Source: a virus
Lineage: Duplodnaviria > Caudoviricetes
Virus record (IMG/VR): IMGVR_UViG_3300031519_000158
Span: 1 to 28,544 of that record
Strand: one strand, 5' to 3'
Length of the DNA: 28,544 nt
A model generated the notes under the pieces. That model was given only the letters and a program-made list of their open reading frames with translations. It made no database searches and had not been told where the DNA came from. Every line of letters starts with the position of its first letter. Positions within the stretch are counted from its first letter, which is position 1. Of the stretch, positions 1-7,626 are shown piece after piece. The translations under genes were made by a program, and so were the position numbers.

Positions 1-2
1 AG

Positions 3-3000
3 GTTCCTACTAACTACAACGCTGCAACTCGCACTTACACAGGTTTGTGGGACGGAACATTTCAAATGGCATGGACCGATAACCCTGCTTGGATCTTCCG
101 TGACATCGTTCTGAACGAGCGTTTTGGCGTCAAACGTTATGTAAGTTCTATCGCCATTGATCCTTGGTATCTTTACACCGTTTCTCAATATTGCGATGAG
201 CTTGTACCGTCTGGCAGCGGTGGAACGGAACCTCGTTTTACTTGCAATGTTTACTTGCAAAATCCAGGCTCGGTATATCAGGTGCTTAATTCGCTTGCCT
301 CTTGCTTCAGGGGTTTGCTTTATTACAGCGAAGGTGAGCTGTATTTAACGCAAGACCGGGAACAAGATGTAGTTCAGCAATTTAGTGAAGCCAATGTCAT
401 TCAAGATGTAGCAGAAAACGGAGAAGTCTCGTCGCCATGTTTTAGCTATACGGGTTCAGCAAGGTCAGCGCGTAAGACCGTAGTTTTAGCGAACTGGGAT
501 GATCCAACTCAGGTTTATTCAAGTGTCACGGAGTATCAGCAAGATGATGAGCTACTGGACAAGTTTGGGTATAACCCTGTTGATCTTCGCTTGATCGGCG
601 TTACGTCTCGCGGCCAAGCTTTACGCGCTGCCAAGCATACGCTTTTCAGTGACAGGTATGAAACAGAAAAGGTTAGTTTCCGCATTGGAGCGGAAGGCAT
701 TGCTGCTGGCGTTGGCGAGATTATCAAAATTGCTGACCCATTGAAGCAAGGTCAACGTCTAGGTGGTCGCATCGTATCTGTTGACGGAAACTTTATTACA
801 GTCGATGCAGTTTTAACGTTATCGCCTGGAACTGACTACACGCTGACTGTTGTAATCCCTGAAGGGGAAACGGTCACAAATAACGATGGTTCTATAAAGG
901 TAAATCCAAAGCTAGAGGTTTTAACCGTCGTTAGTTCCGCTAATACTGGCTTTGAAATTACCGACGCCAATCTTTTGGCTCAGGATTCCGATGAGCTTTT
1001 GACACAAGCCAGTGATAATTTAATTGCGCGATATATCAGCAGCGACGGAACCACTACCAGATTTGAGGTTAACTCAGCCGTACCAACGCAAAACGGTGCG
1101 TTATGGGTTCTTGAGTGGACCTCAATGAAGGCTGCAACTTATCGGATCATCTCGATTTCAGAAGTTGAGTCTTTGATTTATCAAGTTGAAGCCATTCAAT
1201 ATAACAGCAGCAAATATGGTTATGTTGACAACGATTTGCCGGTTGCAATACCAAAAGATCGTTTTACTCTTCAGCCTGTTAGTGAGCCGACAAATTTTAG
1301 CGGCATTCTTGAGTATTCAAACGGTCAGACATCAATTCAAGCTTCATGGCGTGCCCCACAAGTAAACAATTCAGTTGACTTACTGGTACGGGGTTACAGG
1401 TATCAATGGCGAAAAGTTGGCGACACGGAATGGTCAGACATTCTTCAATTACAGGCAACAGCAGTTGAAACGCCTCTTTCAACTCATACTTTTGGGAATG
1501 CCTATCAGGTCCGAGTCTCTGCCGTTAACCGGCTAGGTAGTCAATCTGATTGGGTCGTTTATGACGTTGACGCTTTTGCTCCTATCCCTGATTTAAGTGA
1601 TGCTGCTTTTGGAGCAACGGTTACGCACGCCAATCAACCAGATGGCACCCAGTTAATCATTGTTGATTCTGGAACGTGTCCGATTTTGCCTCGTATTAAT
1701 GGTTTCAAGTGTTGGGTCAAGCCTCGTAACCTATCGTCTGGTGAAATTCCTGGTGTGAAGCCGCCTGGTAATGATGGCTGGTATTTCTTGGCTGACATTC
1801 CGCTTACGGGTTATTACACCGTTGCGTTCCACGCTCCAGACACCTATGACGTTCGCGTTAACTTTACAAGTTCAATTTTTGGAGAAAACCCAACTGATTA
1901 CATCTATGACTTTGTAGAGCGGGGTGAGATTGCACCGCCAACTCCAAGCAACTTTAGTGTTGTTGAAAATCAGAATAGTAGTGGTAAGCGTTTTAGCTGG
2001 CAGCTGCCCACGACACAGTACGGCAGTTGGGACCAAAACCTTGTTGCTGATGTCGTGAGCTATGAGGTTAAGTACAAAAAAGGAACGCTGGCGCTAAACG
2101 TTGTCGAGTTTGAAGTTGCGACCGATCTTGTCACAGTCAAAACCTCAACAGTGATCGGCACCAGGACTAACCAGCATTTGCTGAGTATTGGTGATGAAAT
2201 TGAGTTTGCGGTGTCTTCTGGGTCGTTGCCTACCGGGGTTGTTTCTGGAACGACTTACTTTGTTGCGAGCGATGGCTTCACAAGTACAGCCTTCAAAATC
2301 AGTGCAACAAATGGCGGTGCTGCAATTGACTTTACTGGCACTGCAACTGGAACATATAACGTTTCAGGCCCAGTAGATCTAAAGACTCGACTAGACATTA
2401 CCGCTACTTGGGGCGCTGGTATTGAATTGGCATCTGGTGGCTTGCCTGCACAACAGCAATGGTTTGAGACAAGTTTGTTTGACACTGGCACTTATGTGGT
2501 GATGGTCAAGTCAGTTGATGCAACGCAATGGCGTGCAGATCTTCCAGCGTATGTATTGGTAAACATAGGCGCTCCACCAATTAGCAATGCAGTGCAGTCA
2601 ATTGATGCAAAGAACGCACCAAGCAATGATTGGCCTGGAACGTATGACAACTGCTCTCTTGCTATGGGTCTCCTGCTGACTCAAGACGAAGGCTCCCTCT
2701 TGACTCAATTAAACGACAAGTTAGCAAGAAACAACGAAGAGTATTTAGCTCAGACAGATGCAACGCTTGACAGCTATTTTACTTGGACTTTTGACAACAA
2801 TAATCTTGAAAGCGCATTGCTGTTTTCCACGACTTCAACTGCGACTTATTCACATTCGCTGGTTGCGTTAACGGGTCAAGCAACTGAGCTAACGCAAGAG
2901 GATGATTTTGATCTTTTGCAGGAGAACGATGATCGAATTTTGGCTGAACAACGGTATTACTCGCCAACAGAGTTAGCAGAAGGCGGAGTTGTTCACCCTT

Positions 3001-3356
3001 ACGCGCCATTTGAGAAGCTACTTGGTGATGTGTATCGAGTCGAGACGCGCTTCAAGAGTCCTGATGGCGGAACGACTGCTGGCAACATCACGGCATTAAC
3101 GGCTCAACTTGACTATCCCGACGTGATCGAAAAGCAAAACGATGTTTCAATTTCTAACGTTGGAACGGCAGTGGCGTTGACCAAAACATTCCGAGCGGTT
3201 TCAAGCGTTTCGATTACAGCTTTACAAACAGGTGGAAGTACTGCTGCTATGGCGTATGTGACTGCTAAATCGACAAGCTCAGTTACGATTGAGTGCAGGA
3301 ACTCATCCGGTGCTTTGGTTGCTGGACTTGTTGACATCACAGTAATTGGTTACTAA
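3..3356 (+). CDS. Tail tip / central tail fibre protein (lambda gpJ-like host specificity protein), 5'-truncated by the window edge
   Basis: Frame is open from nt 3: VPTNYNAATRTYTGLWDGTFQMAWTDNPAW, then YCDELVP..G.GG.EPRFTCN and GVTSRGQALR, all lambda-J family motifs. FN3-like segments further on. The TTG at 45 in the ORF track is not the true start. Confidence 0.92.
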   Translation, partial: VPTNYNAATRTYTGLWDGTFQMAWTDNPAWIFRDIVLNERFGVKRYVSSIAIDPWYLYTVSQYCDELVPSGSGGTEPRFTCNVYLQNPGSVYQVLNSLASCFRGLLYYSEGELYLTQDREQDVVQQFSEANVIQDVAENGEVSSPCFSYTGSARSARKTVVLANWDDPTQVYSSVTEYQQDDELLDKFGYNPVDLRLIGVTSRGQALRAAKHTLFSDRYETEKVSFRIGAEGIAAGVGEIIKIADPLKQGQRLGGRIVSVDGNFITVDAVLTLSPGTDYTLTVVIPEGETVTNNDGSIKVNPKLEVLTVVSSANTGFEITDANLLAQDSDELLTQASDNLIARYISSDGTTTRFEVNSAVPTQNGALWVLEWTSMKAATYRIISISEVESLIYQVEAIQYNSSKYGYVDNDLPVAIPKDRFTLQPVSEPTNFSGILEYSNGQTSIQASWRAPQVNNSVDLLVRGYRYQWRKVGDTEWSDILQLQATAVETPLSTHTFGNAYQVRVSAVNRLGSQSDWVVYDVDAFAPIPDLSDAAFGATVTHANQPDGTQLIIVDSGTCPILPRINGFKCWVKPRNLSSGEIPGVKPPGNDGWYFLADIPLTGYYTVAFHAPDTYDVRVNFTSSIFGENPTDYIYDFVERGEIAPPTPSNFSVVENQNSSGKRFSWQLPTTQYGSWDQNLVADVVSYEVKYKKGTLALNVVEFEVATDLVTVKTSTVIGTRTNQHLLSIGDEIEFAVSSGSLPTGVVSGTTYFVASDGFTSTAFKISATNGGAAIDFTGTATGTYNVSGPVDLKTRLDITATWGAGIELASGGLPAQQQWFETSLFDTGTYVVMVKSVDATQWRADLPAYVLVNIGAPPISNAVQSIDAKNAPSNDWPGTYDNCSLAMGLLLTQDEGSLLTQLNDKLARNNEEYLAQTDATLDSYFTWTFDNNNLESALLFSTTSTATYSHSLVALTGQATELTQEDDFDLLQENDDRILAEQRYYSPTELAEGGVVHPYAPFEKLLGDVYRVETRFKSPDGGTTAGNITALTAQLDYPDVIEKQNDVSISNVGTAVALTKTFRAVSSVSITALQTGGSTAAMAYVTAKSTSSVTIECRNSSGALVAGLVDITVIGY

Positions 3357-4474
3357 TGGCTGACGCACGCATCTCCCAGTTACCAGCCGCAACGACGGTT
3401 GCAAGCCAGGACATTGTCCCGTTCACAAGTATTAGCGCAAGTGAAACGCGCAAAATTACGGCTAATAACCTGGCAATTGTTCTAACCCAGCTGGGTTTGA
3501 CGGTTGGAACGTCTGCTCCAACGACTCCTTATAACGGTCAGCTTTGGGTTGACACCAATACGAACCCGCCAATTCTGAAGGTTTATAACGGCGCAACGTT
3601 TACAACTGTTAGTTTTCTGCCTGGGTCGTCAGTTGCTACAAGCCCAAGTGGCACTGCACCTTCAAGTCCAGTTTTGGGGCAATTATGGCTCGACACATCT
3701 CAAACGCCGGATGAGTTGAAGGTTTATGACGGCGCAGCTTTTGTTCGCGTTGATCCCTTAGGTATCACTGATACTGCGGCAGCGGCTAAGTATTTGCAGA
3801 TTACCAACGCTGCAAGTACATATTTGACGTTGACTGGTGGGACGTTGACGGGGAACCTGACGCTAACGGGTAACCCCACAACAACCAATATGGCCAGTAA
3901 CAAGGGCTATGTTGACGCCCAAATTGCTGCAATCCCGGCAGTAACTGACCAGACGCCTGCTGGAACGGTTATTTATTCGGCAAGATCTACTGCTCCAACT
4001 GGTTACATCAAGGCAAATGGTGCTGCGATTAGTCGATCAACGTTTTCAGTGTTGTTTGCTGCAATCGGTACGCAGTTTGGAGTTGGTAATGGGTCTACCA
4101 CGTTTAACGTGCCTGATTTGCGTGGTGAATTTATCCGTGGTTGGAGTGATGGTCATACGGTTGACAGCGGTCGAACGCTAGGCAGCAACCAAGGAAGTGC
4201 AAACCTATCTCACAATCACGGAGTCAGCGATCCTAGCCACGCTCACGGAGTTCACGATCCTGGGCACGCGCACAGTCTTACCGCAGCTCGTCAAACGGGA
4301 AGTGCTGCATCAGGAAGCGGAGATAACGAATGCTCAAACCAAAACTTCTCTACAAACGCTGCCGGAACAGGCATCGGAATCCATGGTGCGACCACTGGAA
4401 TCAGCATTAATGCCAATGGCGGCAATGAATCACGTCCCAGAAACGTGTCCTTATTGGCCTGTATCAAGACCTGA
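3356..4474 (+). CDS. Tail fibre protein with phage tail-collar domain and His-rich (HxH) tip
   Basis: PAGTVIYSA...PTGYIKANGAAISRSTFSVLFAAIGTQFG.G.GSTTFNVPDLRGEFIRG is a tail-collar motif. Ends ESRPRNVSLLACIK. Two GQLWxDT...LKVYxG repeats and HNHGVSDPSHAHGVHDPGHAHS. TAATG overlap with J. Confidence 0.9.
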   Translation: MADARISQLPAATTVASQDIVPFTSISASETRKITANNLAIVLTQLGLTVGTSAPTTPYNGQLWVDTNTNPPILKVYNGATFTTVSFLPGSSVATSPSGTAPSSPVLGQLWLDTSQTPDELKVYDGAAFVRVDPLGITDTAAAAKYLQITNAASTYLTLTGGTLTGNLTLTGNPTTTNMASNKGYVDAQIAAIPAVTDQTPAGTVIYSARSTAPTGYIKANGAAISRSTFSVLFAAIGTQFGVGNGSTTFNVPDLRGEFIRGWSDGHTVDSGRTLGSNQGSANLSHNHGVSDPSHAHGVHDPGHAHSLTAARQTGSAASGSGDNECSNQNFSTNAAGTGIGIHGATTGISINANGGNESRPRNVSLLACIKT

Positions 4475-4509
4475 TCTGGCATTAAAATCAAGCTACTAGG
4501 GAGTGCATC

Positions 4510-6285
4510 ATGGCCGACATCAAAATCACTGATCTGACTGCTTACACAGATCCGGTTAGCACTGATGTGCTGCCTATTGTTGATGTTGGCAATGATCTGA
4601 CCAAAAAAGTCAGCATTGCGGACCTGCTGGAGAACGCTGGAACGGGTAGTGCTGCTGCACCTTCGTTTAGTTTTGATGGCGATAATGATACGGGTATTTA
4701 TCGGCCTGGGGCGGATCAGGTTGCTATCAGCACTAATGGTGTTGAGCGCGTTGAGTTTGGCACCAGCGAAGTGGTGTTCAATGATGGCGGTGCTAATGTT
4801 GACTTCAGGGTTGAAGGCGACACTAAATCTAATTTGTTCTTGATTGACGCAGGAAATGATAGCATTCAGACCGATGGCCCTATTGGCGTAGGCGGTGCTA
4901 ACTATGGAGCAGCAGGTCAAGTACTTGTCTCCAATGGATCCAGTGCAGCCCCAACCTGGGAGCAAGTTACTCCATCCGCAGTCTTTGGCTGGGACCACGA
5001 CGATGATACTTATGGGCTTTATCTGCCAGGTACCAGCATCAAAGTCAGCGACCTTACGGGCGCGGTAGACATTGACGTTCAATCGCGAATGCGTCGTTGT
5101 GTCATTAACGATGCTGGGGTTGTTCAGTATTACCTAGACGCTGATGACAGCGACATGAAAGCAGGCGATTGGCTTCGCATTATAGAAACTGAAGCACTTG
5201 ACACTGCTTATACTGGCACAATTAGTGAAAGCACAAATAGTTCACTTCGTGTCGGTGTACCGGCATGGGCTGCTGGTACGTTCACCGTGGGGCAGCGTGT
5301 TACGAATGGCGGGTACTTGTGGGAATGCCTTGCAGCCACTTCAACCGCTACACCTGCCGCTGGTGCAGTAGCAAGTGACCTTACAGGTACTGGTGGTCAA
5401 GTGGTTGTTGAGGTGCCTGCATTCAGCGTGCGTTACGGCTTCTTAAATGGTGTTCACACCCGTGAAGTCAAATTGGGTTGTAACGATGGTCTTATTGCCC
5501 AAGGTTTCCGACCACATCCTGCATTTATCAAGACAGACGGTACTTACAAAAGTGCGTTCTATTTTGGGGCTTATCACACCTATGACGATGCTGGCACTGG
5601 ATCTAGCGTAAGCGGTCAAACAAATACCCGCAGCCAAACCCGCAACACCTTCCGCGCCGAAGCCGCAGCCCGTGGCACTGGATGGCATGTATTGTCTTAC
5701 TTAGAGCTGGCTGCTATTCAAACACTGCTTATTTGCGAGTTTCAGGATTACAACTCACAAAAAGTGATTGGTAATGGCCCTGATGCTGGCACAACTTATG
5801 GAGTGACAACAGGTCAAAGTGATGGTGATGGTAATCACAGCGTCAACAGCACTGATAACGGTTCCAATGCTGATGATTACATGTCATATCGCGGCATTGA
5901 AAATCTTTATGGTCGCGCGCGGCAATTCGTTGACGGCATAAACGTTTATGAGCGAGTGGTCTATTTGACTAATGATCAAACAGCTTTTGCAGACAACACT
6001 GCTGATGGTTATGACTTTTACGCTCAAGTTCCAACTGGATCAGCGTCATACCAGAAAGAGCTACATCCGTTAGCAGATGTATTTTTACCGTCTGTTGTGA
6101 CGGGAGCAAGCAGCACGACGTACCTGGGAGATGCTTTCTGGACCTTTTCCGGGTGGCGTGTGGCCGATGTGGGGGGCGATTCCAGCCTTGGTACGCGGGA
6201 TGGGGCCTTCTGCTTGGTTCTGAGCCTTGCGTCGGGCAATTCCAGCGCGGTCGTCGGGTCTCGCCTGGCGTATGCTGAAAATTAA
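4510..6285 (+). CDS. DGR target protein: tail fibre/receptor-binding adhesin with C-terminal C-type-lectin-fold (FGE/Mtd-like) variable domain
   Basis: N-terminal MADIKITDL fibre domain and GSAAAPSFSFDGDNDTGIYRPG motif. C-terminal SYRGIENLYG...VDG and GG......DGAF.L......S....GSRL, typical of DGR CLec targets. The last 46 codons contain the VR. Confidence 0.88.
   Translation: MADIKITDLTAYTDPVSTDVLPIVDVGNDLTKKVSIADLLENAGTGSAAAPSFSFDGDNDTGIYRPGADQVAISTNGVERVEFGTSEVVFNDGGANVDFRVEGDTKSNLFLIDAGNDSIQTDGPIGVGGANYGAAGQVLVSNGSSAAPTWEQVTPSAVFGWDHDDDTYGLYLPGTSIKVSDLTGAVDIDVQSRMRRCVINDAGVVQYYLDADDSDMKAGDWLRIIETEALDTAYTGTISESTNSSLRVGVPAWAAGTFTVGQRVTNGGYLWECLAATSTATPAAGAVASDLTGTGGQVVVEVPAFSVRYGFLNGVHTREVKLGCNDGLIAQGFRPHPAFIKTDGTYKSAFYFGAYHTYDDAGTGSSVSGQTNTRSQTRNTFRAEAAARGTGWHVLSYLELAAIQTLLICEFQDYNSQKVIGNGPDAGTTYGVTTGQSDGDGNHSVNSTDNGSNADDYMSYRGIENLYGRARQFVDGINVYERVVYLTNDQTAFADNTADGYDFYAQVPTGSASYQKELHPLADVFLPSVVTGASSTTYLGDAFWTFSGWRVADVGGDSSLGTRDGAFCLVLSLASGNSSAVVGSRLAYAEN
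6145..6265 (+). repeat. DGR variable region (VR)
   Basis: 121-bp ungapped match to 6341-6461 (offset 196). 21 mismatches, 20 of them opposite TR adenines. Ends in TCGGGTCTCGCC. Confidence 0.96.
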
Positions 6286-6292
6286 GAAAAGC

Positions 6293-6298
6293 TATACT
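6293..6298 (+). promoter_or_regulatory. Candidate -10 box (TATACT) for the TR-RT transcript
   Basis: Matches the recurring (GC)TAnnnT box seen before many genes in this window; located between the target stop and the TR. Confidence 0.35.
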
Positions 6299-6303
6299 TA
6301 TAC

Positions 6304-6325
6304 GGTGATGCCAAATTACATCACC
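6304..6325 (+). other. Inverted repeat/hairpin downstream of VR (candidate DGR homing cruciform or 5' structure of the TR RNA)
   Basis: GGTGATG (6304-6310), 8-nt loop, CATCACC (6319-6325), 18 nt after the target stop codon. Confidence 0.5.
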
Positions 6326-6340
6326 TTGGCTTGGCTCTGT

Positions 6341-6461
6341 TTTTCCGGGTGGCGTGTGGCCAATGTGGGAGGCAATTCCAACAATGGTACGCAGGATGGA
6401 GCCTTCTACTTGAATCTGAACAATGATTCGGGCAATTCCAACACGAACATCGGGTCTCGCC
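6341..6461 (+). repeat. DGR template repeat (TR)
   Basis: 29 adenines, with 10 AAY codons in the VR-equivalent frame. A-free 5' end (21 nt) and 3' end (12 nt). Lies directly upstream of the RT gene. Confidence 0.96.
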
Positions 6462-6579
6462 GTTGCCCCCAGGTTTTTAGTGAACCATACAGAGCAGGCC
6501 ACACCTCTTGGTGAAACAACTGCACCGCATAAAGCATTAGTAGGTACGCCGAATATGCTGCGACGCTGGGGGCTTAAAA
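6462..6579 (+). ncRNA. DGR spacer (Sp) RNA segment between TR and RT, structured
   Basis: GCCCCCAG (6465-6472) pairs with CTGGGGGC (6566-6573). Internal CACC-TCTT-GGTG hairpin (6502-6513) and an AGCAT-TAGTAG...CGAAT-ATGCT stem (6533-6559). Confidence 0.65.
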
Positions 6580-7626
6580 ATGAAACGTTATGGTAATTTA
6601 TATCATCAAATTTACGACATAGAAAACCTTCGGGTTGCTTACGAAAATGCAAAGCGTGGCAAGACCAAAACTCAACAAGTTATAAAAGTAGACGAAAATC
6701 CTAATTGTTATTTGCTTAAAATACAGCAACTGTTAGAAGATGAAGCATTTGTGAATGGCAAATACACCACTTTCGAGCTGGTAGAGCGCGGCAAACATCG
6801 CGTTATCCATGCCTTACCATTTTTCCCTGACAGAATTATTCACCATGCAATCGTTCAAATTATCGGTCCAATATGGATAAAAACGTTTATCCGCGATAGT
6901 TATTCCTCGATACCAGGCAGGGGCATACATGATGGCGTTAGACGCATCAAACGTATAATGCCGAACTGCAAGGGATGGTATGCGTTGAAATGTGACATCA
7001 AAAAATTTTACCCATCGATAGATCATGACGCACTTAAAACAGCTGTCCGCGCAAAGATAAAAGACCCAAGCCTGCTAAAGATTCTGGATACAATTATTGA
7101 TTCTGAAGAAGGCGTACCGATTGGTAATTACTTAAGCCAATATTTTGGTAACGTAATATTTAACTCATTTGATCATTGGATAAAGGAGGATCAAGGCGTT
7201 AAGTATTATTTTAGATATTGCGATGACTTTGTCATTCTTGCCCCAAGCAAAGAAAAACTTCATTTGCTAAAGAAAGAAATAGAAAGCTACTTAAAGCAGC
7301 TTAAATTAACACTAAAAGAAAACTGGCAAATATTTCCTATTGATTCTAGAGGCGTTGATTTTATGGGTTATCGTTTTTGGTGTGATAAAACTTTGGTTCG
7401 CAAAGCAACCATTCAGCGATTTAAGGAAAGATTGAAGGTCAAGCGTATGACGTTGAATGAAGCAATTCGACTGCGACATGTCATTGGATCTTTTCGCGGT
7501 TGGCTTCGGTACGCTGATACGTCTAAGCTGATAAACGAAAGCGTATTGCCAGCCAAATCCCGTGTCAAAGCCTACCTTCGTAAATTACGGCAGCGATTAT
7601 CCCAGACCTCGCTTCGTCAAGAATGA
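6580..7626 (+). CDS. DGR-type reverse transcriptase (bRT-like)
   Basis: KxRVIHALPFFPDRIIHHAI, SYSSIPGRGIH, LKCDIKKFYPSIDH, GVPIGNYLSQ (DGR-diagnostic IGxxxSQ), RYCDDF (YxDD) and GVDFMGY. 348 aa, with no maturase or endonuclease extension. Confidence 0.96.
   Translation: MKRYGNLYHQIYDIENLRVAYENAKRGKTKTQQVIKVDENPNCYLLKIQQLLEDEAFVNGKYTTFELVERGKHRVIHALPFFPDRIIHHAIVQIIGPIWIKTFIRDSYSSIPGRGIHDGVRRIKRIMPNCKGWYALKCDIKKFYPSIDHDALKTAVRAKIKDPSLLKILDTIIDSEEGVPIGNYLSQYFGNVIFNSFDHWIKEDQGVKYYFRYCDDFVILAPSKEKLHLLKKEIESYLKQLKLTLKENWQIFPIDSRGVDFMGYRFWCDKTLVRKATIQRFKERLKVKRMTLNEAIRLRHVIGSFRGWLRYADTSKLINESVLPAKSRVKAYLRKLRQRLSQTSLRQE

Larger units (their letters stand above)
4510..7626 (+). mobile_element. Diversity-generating retroelement (target/VR - TR - RT)
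   Basis: Adenine-specific VR/TR pair plus DGR-class RT in one co-oriented cassette. Confidence 0.95.

Noticed and set aside
4211-4273. 27-bp imperfect tandem repeat
   Set aside because: Encodes the HxH-GVxDP metal-binding repeats normal for collar-type fibres; not a separate element.
3356-4474. Second DGR target in the collar fibre or in J
   Set aside because: I found no further copy of the TR-invariant segments (GGGTGGCGTGTGGCC, TCGGGTCTCGCC) in the window. Remote targets outside the window cannot be excluded.
6227-6514. 95-aa ORF reading through the TR
   Set aside because: TR is a copy of coding VR and is naturally stop-free in that frame. There is no RBS, and it is not Avd-like. Treated as non-coding template.
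4291-6652. Long antisense ORFs 4291-5082 and 5969-6652
   Set aside because: Shadows of well-supported plus-strand genes, with no recognisable motifs.
6580-7626. RT as group II intron, retron or Abi RT
   Set aside because: No maturase/endonuclease domain and no retron VTG motif. The IGxxxSQ motif and the adjacent adenine-specific repeat pair identify a DGR.
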